A stretch of 53,602 nt of DNA from a virus. Its lineage: Duplodnaviria; Caudoviricetes. Below are positions 17,437-25,732 of this stretch, in pieces; position 1 is the first letter of the stretch; each line of letters opens with the position of its first letter. The notes beneath the pieces were generated by a model that did not search any database, was not told the DNA's origin, and saw nothing but the letters and a program-made list of their open reading frames with translations. The DNA lies in IMG/VR virus record IMGVR_UViG_3300020044_005702, positions 1 to 53,602 of that record; one strand, written 5' to 3'. The position numbers were made by a program, and so were the translations under genes.

Positions 17437-18264
17437 ATGCGCGACGCTAAACTTACGTTTTTATATCCAAACGCAGCTGTAACTGCATCTGCCGTAACAA
17501 TGGCTTCTGCTGGTCAAGGTCCAACGCAGACCATTGGTGGAACCGTATACAGTCAGGGTATTGTTTATAACCAGTCTGGTGCATCTGCTGGTGCTGTCAA
17601 CTTGAACGGCCTTGAGCTTAACTATGGTGGATTACTTACCAATGGTGTAAGTGGTTCAGTCATGGATAACGACATGAGTGGAACAGTTGATGCAAACGAC
17701 TATGTTCGTGGGCAGATCCTTACACCGCTGTATGTTACATCCGCATTAACTGCTAACCAGTTAGCTGCAAATGATGTACTTACATGTGAAGTACACTCCA
17801 GTAACACGCTTGGATTTACACCATCTGCATCTACAGTTGTGGCTACACAGGCATACACGCCTCCTGTGTCGTTTACTGTTGGCGGTAGTGTTGCAAGTTC
17901 AACCGGTACTCTTACCGCAGGCACTGTGTACTTTGTGACGGTTGTTACGCCAGCAAGTAATCAGATTACTGTTGGTACTAGCCGTGGTGGTGGTACTGTT
18001 GCTAACATCACAATTACTCTAAACAGTGTTGCTGGATTAGCTGTCAACCAGACAGTAATCTTTAGTGCCTCTGTTGGTGCTGGAGCGACAGTCGCTCAAG
18101 TAGTTAGCGTATATCAAGATGTTAACTCGCAGATTCTATCTGTTCCGGTTTTCTCTTATAACAAGTTCCTTCGTGTACGGTGGGTTGCTACCACTGCACG
18201 GGCTAACGCTACTATTGCAATCACTCGCACAGCAATTCAGACCGGACGTGAAGGTACGTTTTAA
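17437..18264 (+). CDS. Putative capsid cement/decoration protein with inserted beta domain
   Basis: Directly after the MCP with AAGGAG SD; MRDAKLTF start and KFLRVRW near the end resemble cement-type jelly rolls; Thr/Ala/Val-rich. Confidence 0.6.
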   Translation: MRDAKLTFLYPNAAVTASAVTMASAGQGPTQTIGGTVYSQGIVYNQSGASAGAVNLNGLELNYGGLLTNGVSGSVMDNDMSGTVDANDYVRGQILTPLYVTSALTANQLAANDVLTCEVHSSNTLGFTPSASTVVATQAYTPPVSFTVGGSVASSTGTLTAGTVYFVTVVTPASNQITVGTSRGGGTVANITITLNSVAGLAVNQTVIFSASVGAGATVAQVVSVYQDVNSQILSVPVFSYNKFLRVRWVATTARANATIAITRTAIQTGREGTF

Positions 18265-18266
18265 TT

Positions 18267-18914
18267 ATGAATCTAGGTCAAATTAAACGTAATGTTAGGA
18301 TGCTAGGTAGAAACTACTTTGGCACTGATGCGGATCGTGACCCATTTGGCCTAGATTATTTAATTATCGAACAGGCCAATCAGATAGCCCGTCAAACGGA
18401 CTGTCTGGTTGGCAGACGGTATTTAGATTTAACTGTAGATGTAAATGACTATTGTGCACCAGACATCTACAGGATTAAAGTAATCAAATTATTAGATACA
18501 AATAGCGAATACCAAAAAGTCAGAGTATTCGACTACAGTAATCAATATATAGATGATTGGCGCAATGCACCAAGTGATCAACGTCCTGAGATTGTAGTGT
18601 TGCGTGGCATGAATAACATCAGTGTTTATCCTGCTGTAAACGCAACTCTAACCAATGGACTTTTAATTGAAGGATATGCACAGCCGGGTGATAACTGGCA
18701 ATACACAACTACTGGTACCGCATTACCTAATACAGACTCAACAGAATGCCCGTTACCAGAAGTTGCACACGACTGCTTGGTCTATGCAGTATTACAAGCT
18801 CGTGCTATGCAAATGGCAGACGCTACAGGCATGCAAATTTTTAAGCCAGAGTATTTACAACGACTCGCAATGGTGGAAAACTATGCTAGTACGTACGCAC
18901 GGAGAACTCGCTAA
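18267..18914 (+). CDS. Head-tail adaptor protein 1
   Basis: MNLGQIKRNVR helix, P..ISVYPA, LPEVAHDCLVYAVL pattern of podoviral adaptors. Confidence 0.7.
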   Translation: MNLGQIKRNVRMLGRNYFGTDADRDPFGLDYLIIEQANQIARQTDCLVGRRYLDLTVDVNDYCAPDIYRIKVIKLLDTNSEYQKVRVFDYSNQYIDDWRNAPSDQRPEIVVLRGMNNISVYPAVNATLTNGLLIEGYAQPGDNWQYTTTGTALPNTDSTECPLPEVAHDCLVYAVLQARAMQMADATGMQIFKPEYLQRLAMVENYASTYARRTR

Positions 18915-19843
18915 TGGCTGTTGACTTTACTGAATTAAAAGTAGAAACACTGCGGTTACTAAATGAAACTAATGACTCAGTCATAGCAGAAGTGCCAACT
19001 GGTGACGGAACAACTCCAACAGCATCAAGCAACGTAGGAATATTGCAGTATCTAAACGATGCTGCTTTTGATTTATGTCGCACCTGTGTTTATTTACCCA
19101 CGTCATTATCCGTTGGATCACACACTGGTAGAACCTACGACTTTAGCGCGTCGGCTCTAGCGTTTCCAATTACAATTCACATTAACGGTACAACTATTCC
19201 ACTTACCCGATGCGGGGAAAATGAACTGCGTTCTTACGATTTAAACTACACTATTACATCCGGTGAACCTACGTACTGGTACGAAGCAGGTTACAGTAAT
19301 ATTGGTTTTTACTCTGTGCCATCTACGGCAATTTCATTCATAGCTCGTGGAGCTGGATTACCTAACAAGCTTACATCAACTTCAGCAACTGTAGGTATTG
19401 GTGTTGCAACTATTACTGGAGCAAATACATTTGTAGCAAATCAAGAAGTTGTTTTTGAAACATCTACTGTAACTAATATCGTTGCAGGGGTAACGTATTA
19501 CGTGTCTGCAACATCACTTACTGCATCTCAATTTCAAATTTCAACAGCGTCTGGTGGAGCATCAATTATTCCGACTGGCGGTACTGGTGGAACATTTACT
19601 GTGTACAGTGGGTCGTTTTCTTTTCTTAGTGACGACTTATTAATGCAAGCATTGCCAGCCTATGCTGCTCGCAAGATTGCACTTAAAAACTATGATGACC
19701 CATCCATTGTTGGTCGTGCATTCTGGGGTGATTGGTATGACCAAATACGGATGCAATTGTGGATGCGTTTAGATCCATCGTACAGAGGTCCCAACGGAAT
19801 ATTTAGTGTTCCTCCAGTTATGAGTGCTGGAGGCAAACAGTGA
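18914..19843 (+). CDS. Head-tail adaptor protein 2 with inserted beta domain
   Basis: FTELKVETLRLLNE, YLNDA, GEPTYWY..IGFYSVP, ALPAYAA; insertion at about 19380-19610. Confidence 0.7.
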   Translation: MAVDFTELKVETLRLLNETNDSVIAEVPTGDGTTPTASSNVGILQYLNDAAFDLCRTCVYLPTSLSVGSHTGRTYDFSASALAFPITIHINGTTIPLTRCGENELRSYDLNYTITSGEPTYWYEAGYSNIGFYSVPSTAISFIARGAGLPNKLTSTSATVGIGVATITGANTFVANQEVVFETSTVTNIVAGVTYYVSATSLTASQFQISTASGGASIIPTGGTGGTFTVYSGSFSFLSDDLLMQALPAYAARKIALKNYDDPSIVGRAFWGDWYDQIRMQLWMRLDPSYRGPNGIFSVPPVMSAGGKQ

Positions 19844-20136
19844 CAATCGCTTGGGGTAGATTAGTCTTAGTTGCACTAGCTGCATTTACGGCTAGTGCTG
19901 CTCCAGAGTTTGACGCCAGCTGGAAGACTCAACATATTCCTGATAATGCAACTTTTGGTACGGTGACTCGTGCTCTACTTTTATGTAGCGTCGAAGGCTT
20001 ACGTGCTGGCATACCTGCAATGGCAACTGCGTTGATTGCTTTCTTTATGAGGCAAGACAGCAATCTGCCCGTGTTCTCCACGAGATTACCGGAGGTTACC
20101 AAGATCAGTGAAACGACGAGGAATATCGATGGATAA
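19840..20136 (+). CDS. Small membrane protein, holin/antiholin-like
   Basis: GTG start with GGAGG SD; two hydrophobic segments; adjacent to the holin-like gene. Confidence 0.5.
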   Translation: MTIAWGRLVLVALAAFTASAAPEFDASWKTQHIPDNATFGTVTRALLLCSVEGLRAGIPAMATALIAFFMRQDSNLPVFSTRLPEVTKISETTRNIDG

Positions 20137-20413
20137 GTTGCAGATTGATCTGAACACCTTACTTGCTGGTTTTATTGGTGCAGTCATTGGTACAGACTGG
20201 AACAAAATTAAAACTGTTATGCAGGGACTTATAACTGTGTTGTCAGGCACTGCATCAGCAATATATTTAACACCTCTGGTTGCTAAACAACTTGGGTGGG
20301 AGCAGCCCCATCAGATGATTGGGCTTTCTTTTTTACTAGGCACATTAGGATTGAGAACGGTTCAAGCTTTTAACGTTGTGATTGAAGGCGTACTTAAAAA
20401 GGTAAGTCCGTAA
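20129..20413 (+). CDS. Putative holin
   Basis: Three Gly-rich hydrophobic segments (LLAGFIGAVIG; LSGTASAIYLTP; GLSFLLGTLG) and a basic C-terminus; ATG 20129 preferred from the GAGG SD. Confidence 0.7.
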   Translation: MDKLQIDLNTLLAGFIGAVIGTDWNKIKTVMQGLITVLSGTASAIYLTPLVAKQLGWEQPHQMIGLSFLLGTLGLRTVQAFNVVIEGVLKKVSP

Positions 20414-20676
20414 TGCAAGTAAATACGTCAGTACGATTAGAACAAGTTGAAGAACTACCAGATGGATCGATTACTGCGTATTTCTCTGACAACCCTGCAT
20501 CTGGATTGTCTTTTGCTAGTCAACAAGACATGGACGTATTTCTAAGCAATGTTGAGCTTTGGTTGCCAGCGTTAAAGGCAATGCTCTTACTTGATTGGTC
20601 GCAGGAAGGGGTCATAGGTAAGACTGTCATGCTTTCATGTTCTGATCCTAATGATTACTGGGTTACGGCTTCCTAA
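20413..20676 (+). CDS. Small acidic protein, 87 aa (cassette 1, gene a)
   Basis: TAATG-coupled at both ends. Confidence 0.7.
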   Translation: MQVNTSVRLEQVEELPDGSITAYFSDNPASGLSFASQQDMDVFLSNVELWLPALKAMLLLDWSQEGVIGKTVMLSCSDPNDYWVTAS

Positions 20677-21809
20677 TGGCAATCGTACCTTTTCGTCACT
20701 CATTAGAAGTATTACCATATCGTAATGGTGACACTGCCAATAGAAGTTGGCAAACATATTCCATTAGTTCAACAGATAAATGCGGTACTCGCTTTTTGGC
20801 TGAAGCAACCGGGACTGTAACAAAAGTACTACTGTATGCAACATCGCAAGCAGCTGCTTCATCTGGTGTCGTACGTTGTGGATTGCAAACAATTAGCACA
20901 ACTACAGGTACTCCAACTGGAACATGGGTGTCATATGGTGATTATTCATGGACGACAGCTACTAGTTCAAGTGTAACAGTTGAGGTTACGTGTACGACTA
21001 CAGGATCTATTACTAGGGGTGAAGCATACGCGTGGGTTGTCGAATACGTTAGTGGTAACAACTTTAATTTAGGAACATACATTAATAATATTGATTACGG
21101 AGTATCGCAACCACATAGGCTACTTTACGCAGGTGGTGTATGGACTGTGGCTGGAGGATTCCAGCCATGGGATCGCGTTGTTTATGGTTACTTCATATCT
21201 CAATGGTATGGACATATCTATAGTGGATGGGGCCATACAGCTGGCACAGGTGGTTTTGCTATTGGCAACGTTATTACTGTAGACGGTAATGCCAACCTAA
21301 CTAACGTGACCCTTGAAAACATCAAAATGGTACTAAACACAGACGCGGTGTGGACAGATCCAATTGAATTATTTATAGGTACAGTGTCAGGAACTACAGG
21401 AACTACGTTTACTCAGTTGGCTAGATATAACCTGATTGCAAATCCTTATTACACAAGATCAGCCAACAATAATGAATGGTCTGGCTGGGCTGATTTATAC
21501 CTACAGACAGAAGTTACAATCCCAACAAATACAAAGGTGTTTATCGGTATTGGTCAACCAGCACGAAACCCACAGTATGATATTGCGTGTTTCTATCAAG
21601 AAGTATCTAACGCAAGCCATTGGAAATGGTGGGATAGATGCGACAACACAAACTATGCAATTCTTTCTGGTACCACAATTACCCAAACAACTACTAGGCG
21701 TATATGGGCTAACTATGAATTCTCGTCTGTTACAGTGACAACAGGGGCATTGCCCCCCAGTACTTTGACCGCAGCACCTCGGTATACAATAAACGCAGGT
21801 ATTAACTAA
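20676..21809 (+). CDS. Beta-rich virion protein, putative receptor/carbohydrate-binding (cassette 1, gene b)
   Basis: Thr/Trp/Tyr-rich, two apparent jelly-roll-like halves; structural region. Confidence 0.6.
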   Translation: MAIVPFRHSLEVLPYRNGDTANRSWQTYSISSTDKCGTRFLAEATGTVTKVLLYATSQAAASSGVVRCGLQTISTTTGTPTGTWVSYGDYSWTTATSSSVTVEVTCTTTGSITRGEAYAWVVEYVSGNNFNLGTYINNIDYGVSQPHRLLYAGGVWTVAGGFQPWDRVVYGYFISQWYGHIYSGWGHTAGTGGFAIGNVITVDGNANLTNVTLENIKMVLNTDAVWTDPIELFIGTVSGTTGTTFTQLARYNLIANPYYTRSANNNEWSGWADLYLQTEVTIPTNTKVFIGIGQPARNPQYDIACFYQEVSNASHWKWWDRCDNTNYAILSGTTITQTTTRRIWANYEFSSVTVTTGALPPSTLTAAPRYTINAGIN

Positions 21810-23041
21810 TGCAGAAGTTTAAGCAAAGTGAAACAACGGCGGCATATAGACGTATCTATATGTTTCTGGCTTCGTCGGCTGACGGATACACACCCGTCAC
21901 ATCTCTTTCTGGAGCAACCGTTAATCTATTTCGCAACGGTTCTGCATTCGGCACACAACCAACAACGCCAGCATCCCTAACCCACATTAGTGTTGGACAC
22001 TGGTATTACGAAATACCTATTTTGCCAATAAACTACTTGTCGGATTTAGGCATATTGACCATAACTGTACAAGATACAAATATACGAACAGTAGTCTTAT
22101 CGGCGGAAGTAGTTAATTACGATTGGACAGTATCAACTGGCGCAACAGCACAACAAGTTTGGGAATACACTACGCGTACACTTACTGGTGCAGTAACTGT
22201 ATCAGGTAACGTCACAGTCGGAGGCTTTACGGCTGGAGCAATCACAAGTGGCGCATTTGGTAACTCTGCAATCAACTTGCGATTGGCAAACGATCCAATT
22301 GCGTCTAGTGCACGGTTTACTACATACGATTCGTTTAGTGGATATCCAGTACTTTCACAGTCGGCACAACACCAAATATCTATTACTGGAGCGCATCACG
22401 CAGCTGCGGACGTACACGAGTTTCAACCCAACGTTATTACTAATAATGCGACTGATGCAACATTTGTAACCGAACTTGTCAATGCTGTCTGGAATGAACT
22501 GTACGCAGGACATACTATTGCCGGATCGTTTGCTATGCTTTTGAAAGCACTACAGGCTGGTGCATTCGCTATTACTGGCACAGTATCAACTGTTACAAAT
22601 GCACAGACATTTACAACTAGCTTGATTGGGTATGTCGATGGTGCGTTTGACCATCAAACACTTGTGTTTATGGATGGTTCACTAATTGGTGAAAGCAAAC
22701 CTATTTTAGAGTTCACTGGAGCGTCTGGTGTTATAAACATGGAAGAAGCATTTACTCAGGCTCCAGCTGTTGGTGATATGTTTGCTGTTCTTCCACAACA
22801 TGTACATGCAGTTGAAGCTATAGCAGATGGCATTCTAAATAGGTTGCTAGATAGTAGTGGTAACAGTGTAGATGCCTTTAATGAGCGAACTGTGCGATCA
22901 GCATTGCGAGCAATGCGAAATAAAGTAGAAGTTAATAATGGAACCATTGTTGTATACAAGGAAGATGACGCAGATGCTGCTTGGGAAGGCACACTAAGCA
23001 ATACAGCTAATGTAACAGTTAACCCGGATGGAGGTTCTTAA
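21809..23041 (+). CDS. Virion appendage/stalk protein (cassette 1, gene c)
   Basis: C-terminal ~75 aa clearly paralogous to that of 24374..25222; QVWEYTTRTLT and AVWNEL motifs. Confidence 0.65.
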   Translation: MQKFKQSETTAAYRRIYMFLASSADGYTPVTSLSGATVNLFRNGSAFGTQPTTPASLTHISVGHWYYEIPILPINYLSDLGILTITVQDTNIRTVVLSAEVVNYDWTVSTGATAQQVWEYTTRTLTGAVTVSGNVTVGGFTAGAITSGAFGNSAINLRLANDPIASSARFTTYDSFSGYPVLSQSAQHQISITGAHHAAADVHEFQPNVITNNATDATFVTELVNAVWNELYAGHTIAGSFAMLLKALQAGAFAITGTVSTVTNAQTFTTSLIGYVDGAFDHQTLVFMDGSLIGESKPILEFTGASGVINMEEAFTQAPAVGDMFAVLPQHVHAVEAIADGILNRLLDSSGNSVDAFNERTVRSALRAMRNKVEVNNGTIVVYKEDDADAAWEGTLSNTANVTVNPDGGS

Positions 23042-23262
23042 TGCCTACAAATTTAGACAATGTGGAATATACACGTGTTACATCACCAATTCCTAACTGG
23101 ATCGTAAAAGCAGACATTACAGATGAGCAAGGAAATGTTGTTGCTGATTTTGGTGTAGATGGTGTTGATATAAATGCTTGGTGGAACTCTCAATCAGAGG
23201 AGTTTCAGATGGATATATTAGCACTGTTTGTCTGTTACATAAAAGAAAGCATTGCACCGTAA
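23041..23262 (+). CDS. Small acidic protein, 73 aa (cassette 2, gene a)
   Basis: TAATG-coupled at both ends. Confidence 0.7.
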   Translation: MPTNLDNVEYTRVTSPIPNWIVKADITDEQGNVVADFGVDGVDINAWWNSQSEEFQMDILALFVCYIKESIAP

Positions 23263-24377
23263 TGGCAACTTACTATGTACGCACACCAGCTAATGGCGGT
23301 AATGATGGTAATGCAGGGACTAGCACTAGTACAGCTTGGGCATCTTTCACTAAAGTCTTTTCAGCAAGTGGATTTACAACTGGAGATACAGTTTATGTAG
23401 AACCGGGTGTTTATCGAGAAGTAGTCACGGCGGTAAACACAAGTCCGACAACCCGCGCATACGTCATTGGTGACTACAATGGTGCAATATTTGGCACAGT
23501 CGGCGAGGTTAGATGGACATCCCACACAACCGACGATGACACAGCAGGTTCGACAACTACCTTATTAAACATTAATGGTAGAGACAACATTACCATTCGT
23601 GGTATTCGTTTTGAAGCCTGTGGCCGTGCATTAGATGTTGGTGCAGGCTCTACATTTATTGATATAGAAGACTGCGTTATAGTGGCACAAGGTAATGGCG
23701 GAATTGCTTTTACTAGTGGAAACACTGTTGCTTTAAACTGTAATTTACGTCGATGTATTGTTCACGGGATCAGTGATGCAGTTCTCATTACTCCAAATAC
23801 TACTAGTGGAAACTTAGTGGTTAATATGAATATCGAAAACTGCGTCATAACAGCTAGGTTAAACCGTGCTATCAACTTTTCAAATAGTGGTGGAGCAAAC
23901 ACGGCATCAGGATGCACAGTAAAAAACTGTACTATTACTGGCCCAACTGGTATTACATCGACAGGTGCTAGATACAGTACTGCTGGTGGCATAGAGGTTT
24001 TGAACTGTCTTCTTTATCTGTGTTCGTCTGGTGTAGCAGCTGGCACATCTGGCCAGATTGTCATGACAAACACGCGGACTGCAATGTGTACTACGCCAAC
24101 TACATTAATTGCCACTAACACTAACGGTAGTAATGGTAACGCATCCATAGATCAAGGAGCATCGTTCCTATATGACCTTACTCCACGCCGTCCTTGGTAT
24201 ATGCCATACATTACAGGAATCATTGCCGGTGACGGTACTGCAACAGGAGCACCAACTGATGACATTCATAACACCACAAGGCCAAACCCTCCAGCAGTAG
24301 GTGCATCTGAAATAACAACATTGTATACAACTGGTGGTTCTGTAGTAGCTAATCCGTTAGCGGGGTACGTACGATGA
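23262..24377 (+). CDS. Right-handed parallel beta-helix (pectin-lyase-like) protein, putative depolymerase/adhesin (cassette 2, gene b)
   Basis: MATYYVR..GNDGNAGTS..AWAS, GDTVYVEPGVYRE, repeated IEDCVI/LRRCIV/IENCVI/VKNCTI rungs; start moved to the coupled ATG 23262. Confidence 0.8.
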   Translation: MATYYVRTPANGGNDGNAGTSTSTAWASFTKVFSASGFTTGDTVYVEPGVYREVVTAVNTSPTTRAYVIGDYNGAIFGTVGEVRWTSHTTDDDTAGSTTTLLNINGRDNITIRGIRFEACGRALDVGAGSTFIDIEDCVIVAQGNGGIAFTSGNTVALNCNLRRCIVHGISDAVLITPNTTSGNLVVNMNIENCVITARLNRAINFSNSGGANTASGCTVKNCTITGPTGITSTGARYSTAGGIEVLNCLLYLCSSGVAAGTSGQIVMTNTRTAMCTTPTTLIATNTNGSNGNASIDQGASFLYDLTPRRPWYMPYITGIIAGDGTATGAPTDDIHNTTRPNPPAVGASEITTLYTTGGSVVANPLAGYVR

Positions 24378-25222
24378 GTAAATACGTTGGCGACTTTAGT
24401 AAAGGTGACACCATCACTTTTATGTTTACTACATTTAGACCATCTACTGGCGCACCGTTTCTGTTAGCGGGTACGCCTGTTGTATCTGTATATAAAGATA
24501 ACAACTTAACTCAAGATACAGCTGGCGTTACGCTTACAACAAACTATGATAGTGTGACAGGATTAAACTTCGTCTCCGTTAGTACCTCTACAGCATTTTA
24601 CGTTGATGGCTCATCATATGAATGTGTCATTACTACCGGCACAGTTGATTCTGTAAGTGTTGTTGGCTCATGTGTTGGACGTTTTACGATGCGTGATCAG
24701 GCCTGTCTGTATCCAACTACAGCTGGTCGCACACTTGATGTTAGTACTGGTGGCGAGGCAGGATTAGATTGGGCTAACGTAGGATCACCAACTACAACTG
24801 TAGGTCTTTCAGGAACAACAATATCAACAAGTCAGGGTATTGCATCCGTCTCCGGTAACGTAACTGGATCTGTTGGTTCTGTTGCTACAGGCGGAATAAC
24901 GACCGCGTCGTTTGCGGCTGGCGCTATTAACGCTGCAGCCGTAGCTACTGGTGCTATTGACGCTGATTCTTTAGCCACAGATGCAGTTGAAGAAATAGCA
25001 GACGGCATCCTTAAGCGAAACTTAGACAGTTCAGGCAATGAGGCTTCCACTACATCTAGTGGTAGAACTGTACGAAATGCGTTACGTATCTTGCGCAATA
25101 AAGTTGACGCAAGCTCTGGATCGCAGGTTGATGTGTACAATGAAGCGGACACATCTGTTATATGGTCTCAGGCTATCACAACAAGTGTAAGCGCTGATCC
25201 GATTGTAAAGGTAGGTACGTAA
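24374..25222 (+). CDS. Virion appendage/stalk protein (cassette 2, gene c)
   Basis: Ig-like N-terminus, GAINAAA/GAIDADS repeats, C-terminal domain paralogous to 21809..23041. Confidence 0.65.
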   Translation: MSKYVGDFSKGDTITFMFTTFRPSTGAPFLLAGTPVVSVYKDNNLTQDTAGVTLTTNYDSVTGLNFVSVSTSTAFYVDGSSYECVITTGTVDSVSVVGSCVGRFTMRDQACLYPTTAGRTLDVSTGGEAGLDWANVGSPTTTVGLSGTTISTSQGIASVSGNVTGSVGSVATGGITTASFAAGAINAAAVATGAIDADSLATDAVEEIADGILKRNLDSSGNEASTTSSGRTVRNALRILRNKVDASSGSQVDVYNEADTSVIWSQAITTSVSADPIVKVGT

Positions 25223-25224
25223 TC

Positions 25225-25728
25225 ATGGCTAATACAGCATTTTCTACGCATAATGAGGGCAAAATCCTCAATCTCTTGTTGCGCGGGGCAGCTTATACTG
25301 CCTATACCGGTAACTTGTATCTTGCTTTTTTAACTAACAGTACATCAGATACGTCGTTAGTTGAACTTGCTCCTGCTGGTACATATACTGGTGCTACTGG
25401 ACGTATTCAATTTACGGGTACTGCTCAGAATCAATTTACTAAATTTGGAACATCAACAAGTACGGCAGCCGACACATCTGGTGCTACTGCGGATGAAACT
25501 AGGTTAATTAACTTAAACCCAATTACATTTACAGCATCTGGTGTTACACACTCTGGTATTGTTGGTATTGCTATTTGTTCTTCACAAGCGGTTAATGCTA
25601 CGTCTGCAAATATGGCCTCAGATACTAGTGTAATTCTTTATGGTGATTTAACTGGTGGATCTGTTACATTAACGGCTGGTCAGTCGATTACTTTTGCTGC
25701 TGGAGCTATTGTCGTCTCGTTAGACTAA
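25225..25728 (+). CDS. Small beta-sandwich virion structural protein, 167 aa
   Basis: FSTHNEGKILNLLL..LYLAFLT..ITF..ILYGDLT..LTAGQSITFAAGAIVVSLD, a pattern I recall from a widespread phage fibre-associated family. Confidence 0.7.
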   Translation: MANTAFSTHNEGKILNLLLRGAAYTAYTGNLYLAFLTNSTSDTSLVELAPAGTYTGATGRIQFTGTAQNQFTKFGTSTSTAADTSGATADETRLINLNPITFTASGVTHSGIVGIAICSSQAVNATSANMASDTSVILYGDLTGGSVTLTAGQSITFAAGAIVVSLD

Positions 25729-25732
25729 TGTA

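Noticed and set aside
23178-23261. Listed upstream starts for the beta-helix gene (23178), nozzle (27814) and holin (20108)
   Set aside because: Coupled or SD-supported ATGs at 23262, 27823 and 20129 fit better.
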